Made by a program: the position numbers and the translations under genes | Origin: an uncultured Desulfovibrionaceae bacterium | GTDB lineage: Bacteria > Desulfobacterota > Desulfovibrionia > Desulfovibrionales > Desulfovibrionaceae | NCBI GenBank assembly: GCA_944325195.1 | Contig: CALUZB010000005.1 | Span: 24,011-88,010, forward strand | Direction: 5' to 3' | Length of the DNA: 64,000 nucleotides | Part shown: piece by piece, positions 1-11,165 of the stretch | Position numbering within the stretch: the first letter of the stretch is position 1 | Layout: each line of letters opens with the position of its first letter | The notes under the pieces: generated by a model | Database searches by the model: none | The model's input: the letters and a program-made list of their open reading frames with translations, nothing else | Told to the model about the DNA's origin: nothing

Positions 1-1170
1 GATGCCCTTTTTTTCTCCGGTAAATCCAAGCCCCTCTTCCGTAGTGGCCTTCACCGCCACTGCTGTGCGCGGAAGGTGCAGCAGTGAGGCCACATTTTTG
101 GCGATACACTCCTTCCAGGGAGAAATTCTGGGAATTTGCGCGATTATGGTCAGATCCACATGGGTTACCACTACCCCGGCCGCCTGAACGCGGTCGAGCA
201 CTTCCGACAACAGAATACCGCTGTCTATATTATCATAGGCGGCATCAGTATCCGGAAACAGTTCACCAATATCACCTTGGGCCAGACAACCCAGCAAAGC
301 ATCGGTCAGCGCGTGCAGCAGCACGTCGCCATCGGAATGGGCAATGACCTCCGGACCGCCGGCAATGGGCACACCGCCCAGTTTCAACGGCCTTCCCGGT
401 CCATATTTGTGCACGTCATACCCAAACCCGTTGCACGGCAAAAGCGGCGCGGGCGCCGAATGCTGCCGGAGCTTCTCCAGATCACCGGGGTGAGTGATTT
501 TAAGGTTGTCAATCTCCCCTTCCACTACTTCCACCGCCATACCCAACGCCTCCAGCAAGGCGGCGTCGTCGGTAACCGTCAGATTTTCCATTTCCGCTTC
601 CAGATGAGCCCGGCGCAAAGCCGCAAGCTGAAATCCCTGGGGCGTCTGCACCGCGCGCAAACCGTCACGCGGCGGGGTGGCCGTCACATGACAGACGGCG
701 TCGCTGCCCGCCGAAGTAACGGCAGACACCATTTTAATCGTATCCACCACTTCAATACCGGGAATTACCGCCAAGGCACCGGCCTCAAGGCGATCGCACA
801 CCCGATTGATCAGGCGCGGGCTCACAAAAGGCCGGGCCCCATCGTGCACCAGAATATGCGTACATTCCGACGGAAGCGCCTGCAGGCCCGCGCGCACTGA
901 ATCCTGCCGCCGCGCCCCGCCTGCCGCCACCCGCCAAGGCACGCCCAAGTCGTATCCGGCAATCAACCCGCGCAACTCATGTTCACATTCAGCAAGCAAG
1001 GCGGGCGGAAACACAAACACCAAACCGCTGATGCGGGCTACCCGGGCCATGCGGCGGGCACAGGCAAAATACAGCGGCCCGCCCTCAAAATCCAGAAACT
1101 GTTTCGGACAGCCCAACCCGGCAAGCCGACTGCTGCTTCCGGCCGCCAGAATAATCCCCCAGATGTTCAT
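1..1170 (-). CDS. ispDF: Bifunctional IspD/IspF (MEP cytidylyltransferase / MEcPP synthase); 3' end cut by the window edge
   Basis: Absent from the ORF track because no stop lies in the window. My minus-strand translation from the ATG at 1170-1168 gives MNIWGIILAAGSSSRL...ILVHDGARPF (IspD), then GYDVHKY...AHSDGDVLLHALTDA...ATTEEGLGFTG (IspF motifs). Confidence 0.9.
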   Translation of the reverse strand, partial: MNIWGIILAAGSSSRLAGLGCPKQFLDFEGGPLYFACARRMARVARISGLVFVFPPALLAECEHELRGLIAGYDLGVPWRVAAGGARRQDSVRAGLQALPSECTHILVHDGARPFVSPRLINRVCDRLEAGALAVIPGIEVVDTIKMVSAVTSAGSDAVCHVTATPPRDGLRAVQTPQGFQLAALRRAHLEAEMENLTVTDDAALLEALGMAVEVVEGEIDNLKITHPGDLEKLRQHSAPAPLLPCNGFGYDVHKYGPGRPLKLGGVPIAGGPEVIAHSDGDVLLHALTDALLGCLAQGDIGELFPDTDAAYDNIDSGILLSEVLDRVQAAGVVVTHVDLTIIAQIPRISPWKECIAKNVASLLHLPRTAVAVKATTEEGLGFTGEKKGI

Positions 1171-1365
1171 CAAAATTCCTTTATGGTTTGAGTCTCCCCA
1201 AAAGCGGGAAAGAAACAATTGCCGCGTCGGCTTCCCCGACAGACTCATTTTCTGTAACCCCGCTCAAGGGGCAATCCGCGCACCCCCTATCCCTCGGCTG
1301 CGGGAAGCTCAATTTGCGGCTGGAGCGACTGTGGCCTGAACTATCGTCCTTATCCTTTAAATTAT

Positions 1366-1761
1366 GGAGTCGGGCTGTAAGCCGGGTTCTGTTCCCCGAT
1401 GCCGGGGCGACTGTCATTCCTCTGGCACGACGGTTACCCGCCGCGTCTAGCAACCTACCCGAAAGCTCGGCCGGGCCGACCTTGACGCTTTCCTATTTGG
1501 TCTTGCTCCAAACGGGGTATACCTGGCCTGATTTGTCACCAAACCAGCCGGTGGTCTCTTACACCACCCTTTCACCCTTACCCCGCGGCTGCCTCAAATC
1601 GGAAACAGAAACATCTGCTTCCGGTTCAAAGCGACCGCGGGGCGGTTTGCTTTCTGTTGCACTTGCCGGGAATCACTTCCCCTGGACGTTATCCAGCGTT
1701 TTGCCCTGTGGAGCCCGGACTTTCCTCGACTCACAAAAGCCGCGACAGTCCGCCCGACTCC
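1366..1761 (-). ncRNA. rnpB: RNase P RNA, bacterial type A
   Basis: The minus strand reads GGAGTCGGGCGGAC...GAGGAAAGTCCGGGCTCCACAGGGCA...GGTAAGGGTGAAAGGGTGGTGTAAGAGACCACC...ACAGAACCCGGCTTACAGCCCGACTCC. The universal P4 and J-region motifs are present. P1 is closed by GGAGTCGGGC/GCCCGACTCC. Confidence 0.93.
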
Positions 1762-1819
1762 AAATTCCTTCTTTCTGAACGCTCAAACAGCTTCCTGAGC
1801 CAGCCGCCCCGGTCTGCTG

Positions 1820-2623
1820 TTATTCTTCTGAACCTTCCGTTTCAGTTGCTTCCGACTGACCGGACTGTTCAGACTGTGCAGTCCGCCTGAAGGCGGCGCT
1901 GGGGTCGAAGTGTTCCTCCCAGTAAATCAGGCGCTGACAGTTGGGGCAACTTAAGATCTGCTGAATTTTCTGCAACTCGATAAAGGTTTGAGGCGGAATG
2001 GCAATGTTGCAGCCCTTGCAGACGCAGTTCGCCACCGGTACAATAACCGGATTTTCCAGGCGTTCGCGGATAAATTCATAGCGGGAAAGCACCGGCGGCG
2101 GCACTTCCCGGGCAGAGTCGGCCCGGCGCTCCATAAGTTTGCTCAACTCAGCGTTCATTTCATCAAGCTTGCTTTGCAGATTCCGGCTCTTAAGCTCATA
2201 TTCCGCTTTCACCTCGTTATAGCGGGCGTCCACATCGGCGAACAGATCCTGCTGGCGTTGAATTTCTTCCATAAGGATCATTTTCTCTTCCTCACGGGTG
2301 CGGTTGGCGCGCTCCATATTATCCACTTCTCGGATCATGGCGTGATATTCGCGCGTGTTTTCCACCTGCATCATCTTGTTTTTACTGTCCTCAATGCGCC
2401 TGACGTCTTCTTCAATATCGGAATTCACCCGTTTTTCCTGGGAAGTCAGGTATTCCATTTTATCGGATATACGGCTTCTTTCCTCATTGATCGCCGCAAA
2501 TTGCTTTTCCATTTCCGACACTTCTTGCGGCAGTTTCTTTATCTCCTGCCTGATGTTGAAAATTTCATGGTCAATTTGCTGCAAAGCCACCAACTGCTCG
2601 ATTTGTTTCTTATATAAGGTCAC
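1820..2623 (-). CDS. COG1579-type coiled-coil protein with C-terminal C4 zinc ribbon
   Basis: 267-aa ORF. It has a long heptad-rich coiled coil followed by CKGCNIAIPPQ...CPNCQRLIY. It lies immediately downstream of the Nif3 gene. Confidence 0.8.
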   Translation of the reverse strand: MTLYKKQIEQLVALQQIDHEIFNIRQEIKKLPQEVSEMEKQFAAINEERSRISDKMEYLTSQEKRVNSDIEEDVRRIEDSKNKMMQVENTREYHAMIREVDNMERANRTREEEKMILMEEIQRQQDLFADVDARYNEVKAEYELKSRNLQSKLDEMNAELSKLMERRADSAREVPPPVLSRYEFIRERLENPVIVPVANCVCKGCNIAIPPQTFIELQKIQQILSCPNCQRLIYWEEHFDPSAAFRRTAQSEQSGQSEATETEGSEE

Positions 2624-2626
2624 GGT

Positions 2627-3412
2627 TCAAGCTCCTTTAGGATAATACGGCGCAATCGGGTCGGCGGCTTCAAAAAACTTCACCTCAACCCCCGCAAGGC
2701 GCATTTGCAAATCAGCGGCAAAGCGCCGCATCATTTCTTCTTCCAAACAGAAATGCCCCACATCCAGAATACAGACTTCCGTTTCCAGAGCGGTATGATA
2801 CTTCACATCGCCGGTAACCAGCAAATCGGCGCCCAAAGCGGCCGCCGCGGCCCACAGACCGGAGCCGGAACCGGGGCAACAGGCCACCCGGCCTACCCGC
2901 GCCGGGCGGGGGCCGCACAGGTTCACCCGATTGGCTCCTGTTTTTGCGGCAAGCAGGGCGATAAAATCATTGAACTCCCGCTTTGCGGGCAGGTCACCGC
3001 AAAAACCGAAACCATAGGGGCCGCTGTTTTCCGCAGGCTCCAACAGGCAGACCGCGCTCAGCTCCAACTCCCGCGCCAGCCAGCGCACCGGGCCGTCCGG
3101 CCGGCCGTCCAGACTGGTATGCGCGCTGTAAAGCCATGCGTCCGCCTGCATCAGCTTGCGTAAGATCCGACTGCAGGGGGTGTCTTTATTCGGGAAAACC
3201 GGCTCAAACCACAAAGGATGATGACAAAGCACGAAATCGGCCTGAAAAGCCAACGCTCTGTCAATAGTGGATTCAGACGGGTCAAGGGCCACAGCCACCC
3301 GCCTGATGTCCTGTTTGCCGCCAATCACCTGGATACCGGAGTTGTCCCAAGCGGCGGCCGCCGCCGGCGGGGCAAGCTCTTCCAGCAATTTTATCAGTTC
3401 AGGGCACTGCAT
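2627..3412 (-). CDS. Nif3-family dinuclear metal-centre protein (YbgI/YqfO-like)
   Basis: The ORF spans 2627-3451. Motifs: WDNSGIQV, CHHPL, TGDVKYH. I prefer the internal Met (MQCPELIKLLEE, 3412) as the start. The track start at 3451 has no SD. Confidence 0.85.
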   Translation of the reverse strand: MQCPELIKLLEELAPPAAAAAWDNSGIQVIGGKQDIRRVAVALDPSESTIDRALAFQADFVLCHHPLWFEPVFPNKDTPCSRILRKLMQADAWLYSAHTSLDGRPDGPVRWLARELELSAVCLLEPAENSGPYGFGFCGDLPAKREFNDFIALLAAKTGANRVNLCGPRPARVGRVACCPGSGSGLWAAAAALGADLLVTGDVKYHTALETEVCILDVGHFCLEEEMMRRFAADLQMRLAGVEVKFFEAADPIAPYYPKGA

Positions 3413-3574
3413 AATCTTACTCTTGTGCCTTTGTTGCAGATTAAAAGACATTGTTTATCCGAACAACAAATTGAGGTCAAGAAGAAGTGTGAGCGCTTAC
3501 CTGAATTCGGCATTGCCATGTTAAAGCTTCTTCTATAAAGTTGAAGGAAAACAGCCATTCAACAGGAGGCGGCA

Positions 3575-4180
3575 ATGCAGATTCTCATTCCTTTTTATTC
3601 ACTGTATGGTCATGTGTACGCGCTTGCCCGGGCAATTGCCCAGGGGGTGGAAAAAGCCGGCGCAACCCCGAAGCTGATGTTTGTGCAGGAAACCTTCACC
3701 CCGGAAATTCTCGCAAAAATGGGAGCGCCGGAGCCTGAGTTGCGCGGCGCGCATCTGCCCGCCCCCACGCCTGATGACCTGGTGGACTCGGGCGGGATTA
3801 TTTTCGGCTGTCCCACCCGTTTCGGGGGAATGCCCGCGCAAATGCGGGCGTTTCTCGACCGCACCGGCGGCATCTGGACCAAACAGGCGCTGGCCGGAAA
3901 GGTGGGCGGATCGTTCGTTTCTACAAACACCCGGCACGGCGGTCAGGAAATGACCCATTTCGCCTTTCACACGTTCATGCTGCATCACGGTATGCTGGTG
4001 GCGGGCGCGGGGTTTTCCTACCCCGGACTGTTCGATCATACCGCAGTGAACGGCGGCAGCCCCTATGGGGCGGGAACCATTGCCCGGGACAACGCCGTAA
4101 TGCCCACAGACGAGGAATTGGGCCTGGCCCGGTTGCAGGGCGAAACCATTGCCGGCATAGCGCTTAAGCTGGCCTCTTAA
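3575..4180 (+). CDS. wrbA: NAD(P)H:quinone oxidoreductase, flavodoxin-like WrbA
   Basis: 201 aa. Sequence: MQILIPFYSLYGHVYALARAIAQG...GCPTRFGGMPAQMRAFLD. An AGGAGG SD lies upstream. Confidence 0.9.
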   Translation: MQILIPFYSLYGHVYALARAIAQGVEKAGATPKLMFVQETFTPEILAKMGAPEPELRGAHLPAPTPDDLVDSGGIIFGCPTRFGGMPAQMRAFLDRTGGIWTKQALAGKVGGSFVSTNTRHGGQEMTHFAFHTFMLHHGMLVAGAGFSYPGLFDHTAVNGGSPYGAGTIARDNAVMPTDEELGLARLQGETIAGIALKLAS

Positions 4181-4463
4181 CCGGCTGCAAGACGGCATTA
4201 GCGGCGGCCCGGCGCCATGCCCTGAACCGCCGCCGTCCGCCCTTTTCCCACCTGTTTCCCAACCGGCCTGTTCTGTCTGAAAAATCAATTTAGCGCTTTA
4301 CATCTTGAGAACTTTAAGTATAGTAATAATAAAGGGGAATTTACACCCTTTGTTTGGGACGATTCTACTATTATCACCGGTTTATTCTCTTAAACAATAT
4401 ATAGAAATCGGTTGTTGATTAACGGGGCGCGTCGGCGACCCAATCTGCAAACAGGTTATTCCA

Positions 4464-4982
4464 GTGTTCAGCCCAGGTCAGATAGTTGTGTATCCCGCGC
4501 AGGGAGTAGGCGTTATTGAAAGGATAGAAACCCAGGAACTGGCAGGTGTTTCCGCCGAGTTTTACACAGTGCACATCATCAGCACCAACATCAATGTACT
4601 GGTACCGGTAAAAAATGCAGCCGGGGCCGGACTGCGCGGGTTGTGCTCTGTATCTGAAGCTGAAAAAACACTGAACGATCTGAAAGACTACCGTCACACC
4701 CAGGTACATGCCGGGCAGAACTGGAACCGGCGGCAGCGCGAATATACCGAGCGGCTTAAAGAGGGGCGCCTGGAAAGTGTGGGAGCGGTATTAAAGGAAT
4801 TGATTTTAATCAGCGCCCAAAAAGAGTTGTCCTTCGGCGAAAAACGCCTGCTGGAACAGGCCATGGGTCTGGTTGCCGGCGAGCTGGCCTATGCGCTGGG
4901 AAAAGACGAAGAAGAAATTAAGAACCTCATCAATGCGTTTTATGCCGATTTATTCCCCGCCAACGCCGACTGCGATGACTGA
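4464..4982 (+). CDS. carD: CarD/CdnL-family RNA polymerase-binding transcription factor
   Basis: 172 aa with a GTG start. Sequence: FSPGQIVVYPAQGVGVIERIE...FYTVHI. Confidence 0.85.
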   Translation: MFSPGQIVVYPAQGVGVIERIETQELAGVSAEFYTVHIISTNINVLVPVKNAAGAGLRGLCSVSEAEKTLNDLKDYRHTQVHAGQNWNRRQREYTERLKEGRLESVGAVLKELILISAQKELSFGEKRLLEQAMGLVAGELAYALGKDEEEIKNLINAFYADLFPANADCDD

Positions 4983-5496
4983 ACGCGGGCGGGGAGCCTG
5001 GAACAAGTCACACTTTCGGAAAGAAGGACAAACAGGACCGGACGCCGGGAGCATTGCGGTTTAAAGTCCGGATTAGTCGGCAGTTTATATATCCATTCCT
5101 TATATAGGGGGAGCCGGTTGCGCTTCCGCAAAAAATTTGGATTAAAAATCCATTTACCCTTGTAAAAAAAACGCTAATAGGCTAGAAGCATGTTTGCCGG
5201 GCCAATCGTATTAACACAGTGCCGGTTTCAAGGGACAGAATTCCTCAGAACAAACGATTTAAACCATATCCGGATTTCCGGTGTGGTTTTACTGCCCAAT
5301 CAATCATTTAGGAATGGGCTTCAGTAGCTTACAGCCTGGCGCAGGCTGAAAATCCATAAATAGTCGTACAGATTCGATATAGTCGGTAAAATGTCTTTAT
5401 CATTTCATTTTGCTCGCAAAACGCCGATAAACCCTGCCCGCAAGAAGCGCGCGGTTCATTACATTAACAAATCTAAACCCACAAAACAGGACAGTT

Positions 5497-6747
5497 ATGA
5501 ATCTTTCTGAGTTGAAAACCAAACCAATGGCCGAACTTATGGAGATGGCCGACGAACTCAACATCGAGAACTCCAGCTCCATGCGCAAGCAGGAGCTGAT
5601 TTTTGCGCTTTTGCAGGAAAACGCCTCGCAAAACGGCGCCATTTTCGGCGATGGGGTCTTGGAAATTCTGCCCGACGGCTTTGGCTTTCTGCGCTCGCCC
5701 TTAAGCAGCTATATGCCGGGTCCGGACGATATTTACGTTTCCCCCTCGCAAATCCGTCGCTTCAACCTGCGCAAAGGCGACGTCGTGTCGGGGCAGATCC
5801 GGCCGCCCAAAGAAGGGGAACGCTATTTCGCCCTGCTCCGGGTCAATGAAATCGGCTATCAACCGCCGGAAACGGCTAAAAACCTGGTTCTTTTCGACAA
5901 CCTCACCCCTGTTTACCCCAACCGCCCCCTGCGTATGGAAAACGGCGCTGAAAATTACTCAAACCGGGTCATCGACCTGCTCTCCCCCATCGGCTGCGGC
6001 CAGCGCTGCGTTATCGTCGCACCGCCCCGCACCGGTAAGACCATGATGCTGCAGGGCATAGCCAACGCCATTAACGCCAATAATCCCGACGTTTTTCTCA
6101 TTGTCCTGTTGATTGACGAACGTCCGGAAGAAGTGACCGACATGGAGCGCACCGTGAAAAATGCGGAAGTGGTCAGCTCCACCTTTGATGAACCCCCCAC
6201 CCGCCATGTGCAGGTGTGCGAAATGGTGTTGGAAAAGGCCAAACGTCTGGTTGAGCGCAAGCATGACGTGGTGATTCTGCTCGACTCCATCACCCGCCTG
6301 GGCCGCGCCTACAACGCGGTTACCCCCTCGTCCGGCCGGGTACTGTCCGGCGGTCTGGACGCCAACGCCCTGCAACGCCCCAAACGCCTGTTCGGTGCCG
6401 CCCGCAACCTGGAAGAAGGCGGCAGCCTGACCATTATCGCCACCGCGCTCATCGATACCGGTTCGCGCATGGATGAAGTGATTTTTGAAGAATTCAAGGG
6501 AACCGGCAACTCGGAAATTTACCTCGACCGGCATCTGGCGGAAAAGCGGGTGTTCCCGGCCATCGACATCAACCGCTCCGGTACCAGAAAGGAAGAGCTG
6601 CTGCTTGATGAAGACGTGCTCAACCGGGTTTGGATCCTGCGTAAGCTGCTTTCGCCCATGAGTTCCATCGACAGCATGGAATTCCTGCTGGACAAGATGC
6701 GCGGCACGAAAAACAATAAAGACTTCCTGAACACCATGAACAAGTAA
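5497..6747 (+). CDS. rho: Transcription termination factor Rho
   Basis: 416 aa. It has the N-terminal Rho_N segment ([23 protein letters not shown]), an RNA-binding domain, Walker A PPRTGKT, and a 3' [21 protein letters not shown] segment. Confidence 0.97.
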   Translation: MNLSELKTKPMAELMEMADELNIENSSSMRKQELIFALLQENASQNGAIFGDGVLEILPDGFGFLRSPLSSYMPGPDDIYVSPSQIRRFNLRKGDVVSGQIRPPKEGERYFALLRVNEIGYQPPETAKNLVLFDNLTPVYPNRPLRMENGAENYSNRVIDLLSPIGCGQRCVIVAPPRTGKTMMLQGIANAINANNPDVFLIVLLIDERPEEVTDMERTVKNAEVVSSTFDEPPTRHVQVCEMVLEKAKRLVERKHDVVILLDSITRLGRAYNAVTPSSGRVLSGGLDANALQRPKRLFGAARNLEEGGSLTIIATALIDTGSRMDEVIFEEFKGTGNSEIYLDRHLAEKRVFPAIDINRSGTRKEELLLDEDVLNRVWILRKLLSPMSSIDSMEFLLDKMRGTKNNKDFLNTMNK

Positions 6748-6757
6748 GCCGGGAATT

Positions 6758-6796
6758 GAGGGCGGGCGGAACAATTACTGTCCGCCCTCAGTTTTT
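6758..6796 (+). terminator. Intrinsic terminator downstream of rho
   Basis: GAGGGCGG...CCGCCCTC stem followed by GTTTTT. Confidence 0.6.
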
Positions 6797-7019
6797 ACAG
6801 TTGAACGCTCAGGTGCAGCCGGAAGGGCCTCCATTCAAAAATGCGGATCTGTCCGCTTGTGCAAAGCGGCTTGTCATTTGCCGGAAAACGCTTATAGTTA
6901 AAGCAAATGGAAGTCACCTGCAAACCCGATTGCACAGCCGCCGCAGTGCAGACCTTCCGCAAACCGCTTCCGCTCCGGCAACAAGTAACCGCCGTCAACC
7001 GATAAACAAGGATTGAGTT

Positions 7020-7301
7020 ATGTGCCTCGCCATTCCGGCCCGGATTGAAGAATTGAAGGATAACCAGATGGCAATAGTGTGCGTGGAAGACTTCACCGCT
7101 GAAAACGCCGCCCACACCGCCGCCGGGCAGAACGCCTCGGTCACCCGACTGAATGTATCCACCGCCCTGCTGCCCAATCCACCCCAAATCGGCGACTATG
7201 TAATGGTTCACGCCGGGTTCGCCATCAATCGCATGGACCCGGAAGAAGCCCGGGAAACTCTGCTGCTGTTCCGGCAAATGGCGGAATTGCAGGGGCTGTA
7301 A
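7020..7301 (+). CDS. hypC: Hydrogenase maturation chaperone HypC/HupF family
   Basis: 93 aa. It has the N-terminal MCLAIPARI signature and GDYVMVHAGFAI. It carries an internal insertion of about 15 aa relative to typical HypC (75-80 aa). Confidence 0.85.
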   Translation: MCLAIPARIEELKDNQMAIVCVEDFTAENAAHTAAGQNASVTRLNVSTALLPNPPQIGDYVMVHAGFAINRMDPEEARETLLLFRQMAELQGL

Positions 7302-7593
7302 CCATTTACGCGGGGCACTTGCGCAATAGACTTATTTTCAAATTTGGTTTAGTTAGTACCGGGTAGCCGCGGGGAGGTTGCCCGGTCATTTTAACGGACG
7401 CCCGCATGCCCGCAAAAAACACTGACTATGCGGCGGGCAAGGCCCGCTTGCGGAAATCATGCCGCCTGATTTGTGTGAAGTCCGCTTCACAGGATAAATA
7501 CACCGGGAAGCGCTGGGCCGGTTGAACCGCCGCTTCAGAAATCAAGCGGATCATTCTGACCTTAATAATCTTAACGCCTTTAAAGGAATTACC

Positions 7594-10401
7594 ATGAGCG
7601 ATTATAAATCCACTCTCAATCTGCCTGAAACATCGTTCCCCATGAAGGCCAACCTGGCGAGCAAAGAGCCGGATACCCTGAAATACTGGAATGAAATCAA
7701 CGCCTACGCCGCGATGATCGATTCCAATCGGGACGCTCCGGTCTATTGCCTGCACGACGGCCCCCCCTACGCCAACGGCAATATTCACCTCGGCACCGCC
7801 ATGAACAAGATTATTAAGGATATCATCATCAAGGCCCGCAATATGCGCGGCCTGCGGGCGGAATATGTGCCCGGCTGGGATTGCCACGGCCTGCCCATTG
7901 AACACAAGGTGGCCCAAGAACTGCGGGCCAAGGGCAAAGTTCTGCCTCCGATTGCCGTGCGCAAAATCTGCCGCGAATATGCCGGCAAATACCTGGACAT
8001 TCAACGCAAGGAATTCCGCCGACTTGGCGTGCTGGGCGACTGGGACAATCCCTATGTGACCATGAAGCCGGAATATGAGGCCATAACCACTAAAGAACTG
8101 GTCAGGTTCATGCGCAACGGCTCGGTGGTGCGCAGCAAGAAGCCCATTTACTGGTGCGCTTCCTGTCAAACCGCTCTGGCCGAAGCTGAGGTGGAATATC
8201 ACGATCACCACTCTGATTCAATTTTCGTGCGCTTCCCCCTGTCCGACCCCAACTTAAGCAAGGTGTTCCCTCAGGCGGATCTGAACAACACCTACGCCGT
8301 CATCTGGACCACCACCCCCTGGACCATGCCCAGCAACCTGGGCATTATGCTCAACCCGGAATTTGAATATGCACTGGTGCAGACGGGTGACAGCTTCTAT
8401 ATTGTGGCTGTGGAAATGCTCGACAGTCTGCGCCCCAAACTGGGTTGGGAAAACGCCGCGGTTGTGGCCACGGCCAAAGGCCGGGAACTGGAAGGCCTGA
8501 AAGCCCGCCACCCCTTCCTCAAGCGCGACTCCCTGCTGATTCCGGCCGATTGCGTAACCCTGGACGCAGGTACCGGCCTTGTGCACTGCGCACCCGGGCA
8601 CGGTCCCGACGACTATGTGGCCGGGCAACGCTATGGTCTGGAAGTTTACTCGCCGGTCAACGATCAGGGGGTTTACCTGGACGAGGTGGAGTTTTTCGCC
8701 GGAATGCAGGTGTTTGAAGCCAACCCTGCCGTAGTAGCCAAACTGGCGGAAGTGGGCAATCTGCTCGCCGCCGAAAAAATGAGCCACTCCTACCCGCACT
8801 GCTGGCGCTGCAAAAATCCGGTGATCTACCGGGCCACTACCCAGTGGTTCATTCTCATGGACGCAAACAATCTGCGCCAAAAAGCCCTTTCCGCAATCAG
8901 CAATGAGGTGAAGTGGATTCCGGCCTGGGGCAGAGACCGCATTTATAATATGATTGAAAATCGCCCCGACTGGTGCATTTCCCGGCAGCGGGTCTGGGGT
9001 GTGCCGATTGTCTCCCTGATTTGCGAAAGCTGCGATACCGCCTGGAACGATCCGGACTGGGCCGATGCCGTTGCCGACAAATTCGCCGCTCACCCCACCG
9101 GCTGCGACTACTGGTATGAAACGCCGGTGGAAGAGCTGACCCCGCCCGGCCTGACCTGCCCCAAATGCGGAGCGGCCAAGTGGCGCAAGGATAACAACAT
9201 TCTGGACGTCTGGTTCGACTCGGGCACCAGTTTCGCCGCCGTGCTGGAAACGCGCAAGGAATGCCGCTTCCCGGCCGACCTCTATCTGGAAGGCTCCGAC
9301 CAGCACCGCGGCTGGTTCCACTCCTCACTTCTGGTCAGTGTGGCCAACCGCGGACAGGCCCCTTACAAGTCGGTGCTCACCCACGGCTATGTGGTGGACG
9401 GGGAAGGCAAGAAGATGTCCAAATCCGTGGGCAACGTCATTGCCCCGCACGAAATAATCGATAAGTTCGGGGCGGAAATTCTGCGCATGTGGGTGGCCTC
9501 GGTGGAATATAAGGAAGACGTGCGCATTTCCGACGAAATCATCTCCCGCATGGTCGATGCCTACCGCCGCCTGCGCAATACCTGCCGCTATCTGCTCGGC
9601 AACCTGAACGACTTCAGTCGGGACGCTCTGCTGGCGGACGACGAGCTGGACGATCTCGATCGCTACGCCCTGCATCTGGCCTGCGAAGCCCACAAAAAAG
9701 TGCAGGAAGGTTACGAGAATTTTGAATTCCACAAGGCCTTCCACACCCTGCACAACTTCTGCGCCGGTGATCTGTCGTCCTTCTATCTGGATATCATCAA
9801 AGACCGCCTCTATGTTTCCGGCAAAAACAGCAAGGCCCGACGCAGTGCCCAAACCGCCATGTACCGTATCCTGATGCAGTTGATTACTGATATGGCGCCC
9901 ATTCTCTCATTCACCGCCGAGGAAGTGTTCGCGCACCTGCCCGCCGGTTTGCGTCCGGAAGTGAAAACCGTGTTCGCGCTCAAGTCGGAACAACCGGAAT
10001 TCACCCTGAACCGGGCTGAACTGGACACCTGGAAAACTCTGCAGACAGTGCGTGAGGAAACTACCGCCGCTATTGAGCCCCTGCGCAAGCAGGGTGTGGT
10101 GGGGCACGCCCTGGATACCCATGTGACCATTTACGGCGATGAAAAACTGCTGGCACAACTGAACAGCCTGAACACGGAACTGCGCGCCCTGTTCATCGTG
10201 TCCCAACTGAGCCTGGTTCCTCTGAGCGCGGCCCCGGCCGACGCTATCCGCTCCGGCCGCCTGGAAGGACTGGCAGTGGGGGTGGAACGGGCTAAAGGTG
10301 AAAAATGCCAACGCTGCTGGGTGTACTGTGAGGAACTTGGGGCCGATGCGGACTATCCCGGCATCTGCCCGCACTGCACCGCGGTGCTGAAGCAAAGTTA
10401 A
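7594..10401 (+). CDS. ileS: Isoleucine--tRNA ligase (type 1, C-terminal Zn finger)
   Basis: The ORF spans 7522-10401. The likely start is [21 protein letters not shown] at 7594. Motifs: HLGTA (HIGH), KMSKS, CQRCW...CPHC. Confidence 0.97.
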   Translation: MSDYKSTLNLPETSFPMKANLASKEPDTLKYWNEINAYAAMIDSNRDAPVYCLHDGPPYANGNIHLGTAMNKIIKDIIIKARNMRGLRAEYVPGWDCHGLPIEHKVAQELRAKGKVLPPIAVRKICREYAGKYLDIQRKEFRRLGVLGDWDNPYVTMKPEYEAITTKELVRFMRNGSVVRSKKPIYWCASCQTALAEAEVEYHDHHSDSIFVRFPLSDPNLSKVFPQADLNNTYAVIWTTTPWTMPSNLGIMLNPEFEYALVQTGDSFYIVAVEMLDSLRPKLGWENAAVVATAKGRELEGLKARHPFLKRDSLLIPADCVTLDAGTGLVHCAPGHGPDDYVAGQRYGLEVYSPVNDQGVYLDEVEFFAGMQVFEANPAVVAKLAEVGNLLAAEKMSHSYPHCWRCKNPVIYRATTQWFILMDANNLRQKALSAISNEVKWIPAWGRDRIYNMIENRPDWCISRQRVWGVPIVSLICESCDTAWNDPDWADAVADKFAAHPTGCDYWYETPVEELTPPGLTCPKCGAAKWRKDNNILDVWFDSGTSFAAVLETRKECRFPADLYLEGSDQHRGWFHSSLLVSVANRGQAPYKSVLTHGYVVDGEGKKMSKSVGNVIAPHEIIDKFGAEILRMWVASVEYKEDVRISDEIISRMVDAYRRLRNTCRYLLGNLNDFSRDALLADDELDDLDRYALHLACEAHKKVQEGYENFEFHKAFHTLHNFCAGDLSSFYLDIIKDRLYVSGKNSKARRSAQTAMYRILMQLITDMAPILSFTAEEVFAHLPAGLRPEVKTVFALKSEQPEFTLNRAELDTWKTLQTVREETTAAIEPLRKQGVVGHALDTHVTIYGDEKLLAQLNSLNTELRALFIVSQLSLVPLSAAPADAIRSGRLEGLAVGVERAKGEKCQRCWVYCEELGADADYPGICPHCTAVLKQS

Positions 10402-10661
10402 CGGCCTAAGCGCCGCCGCCCGAATATCACCGGCTCCGGCGGCGCTTCCTTCAATAACCAAGATCAAACCTGTGAGCAGTGTTGCCGAAAACAGGCAGAC
10501 CAGAAACGCCTACTTGCCGGAAAACGGCAAGATTTTCGCTCCAGGCTTCCCGGACGGTGGTTTTCGTTAGTGCCAAGGGGTGTGTTTTCTGCAATTCACC
10601 GTGGCATCCGTTCCCCGGGAACCTGCTTTTCGGCTCACATTGCCCAAAACCGCGAGGTCTG

Positions 10662-11165
10662 ATGCGCCCACGCTACTTTCTGTTCTTTCTGATCAGCGCC
10701 CTGGTTATCGGACTGGATTTCAGCACCAAGCAACTGGCGTTAAGCAGCCTGGCCGGGGTTCAGCCTGTGGCGGTCATCCCCGGCTGCTTCAACCTGGTGC
10801 TGGTGTTCAACCGGGGCGCGGCCTTCGGATTTCTGAACAATGCCGACACCTCATGGCAAATCTGGCTGTTTCTGGGAGTAACAGTCTTAACAGCCGGCCT
10901 GGTTCTTTACCTCCTGCGCCGGGTGCACCGCAACCGGGCCGCGTTTTTCGGCCTGGCTCTCATTCTGGGCGGTGCCTTGGGCAATATGATTGACCGGCTC
11001 CGTTACCAGGCGGTAGTGGATTTCCTGGACTTTTACTGGAAAAACTGGCACTGGCCCGCCTTCAATGCGGCCGACATCGCCATTTGCGCAGGAGCGGGCT
11101 TAACCCTGCTGGCCCTGTGGCGTCAGGACAAACAGCAAAAAGCGTCCGGCGGGGAAAAACAATGA
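10662..11165 (+). CDS. lspA: Lipoprotein signal peptidase II
   Basis: The internal start MRPRYFLFFLISALVIGLDFSTKQ is preferred over the track start at 10479. Motifs: NRGAAFG and VVDFLDF. This is the classic ileS-lspA linkage. Confidence 0.9.
   Translation: MRPRYFLFFLISALVIGLDFSTKQLALSSLAGVQPVAVIPGCFNLVLVFNRGAAFGFLNNADTSWQIWLFLGVTVLTAGLVLYLLRRVHRNRAAFFGLALILGGALGNMIDRLRYQAVVDFLDFYWKNWHWPAFNAADIAICAGAGLTLLALWRQDKQQKASGGEKQ

Noticed and set aside
136-900. 254-aa plus-strand ORF at the window start
   Set aside because: The opposite strand encodes IspDF with clear catalytic motifs.
1188-1778. 196-aa plus-strand ORF
   Set aside because: It covers the rnpB locus. The sequence is RNase P RNA on the minus strand.
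5959-6774. 271-aa minus-strand ORF, and the similar long antisense ORFs at 8254-9321, 40267-41463, 25119-26015, 27364-28143, 32746-33651 and 44398-45228
   Set aside because: All lie opposite strongly supported genes (rho, ileS, gpmI, SulP, ATPase, GT9, rSAM). They are frame-shadow artefacts.
7522-7593. N-terminal extensions in the ORF track (ileS 7522, lspA 10479, ygiW 20986, RR 21548, SulP 24399, rSAM 42775, ribH 52877, ribBA 54306, glyA 59634, fabF 60916, HD-GYP 62705)
   Set aside because: Internal starts match the family N-termini and have better SD sequences. The upstream parts look non-coding.
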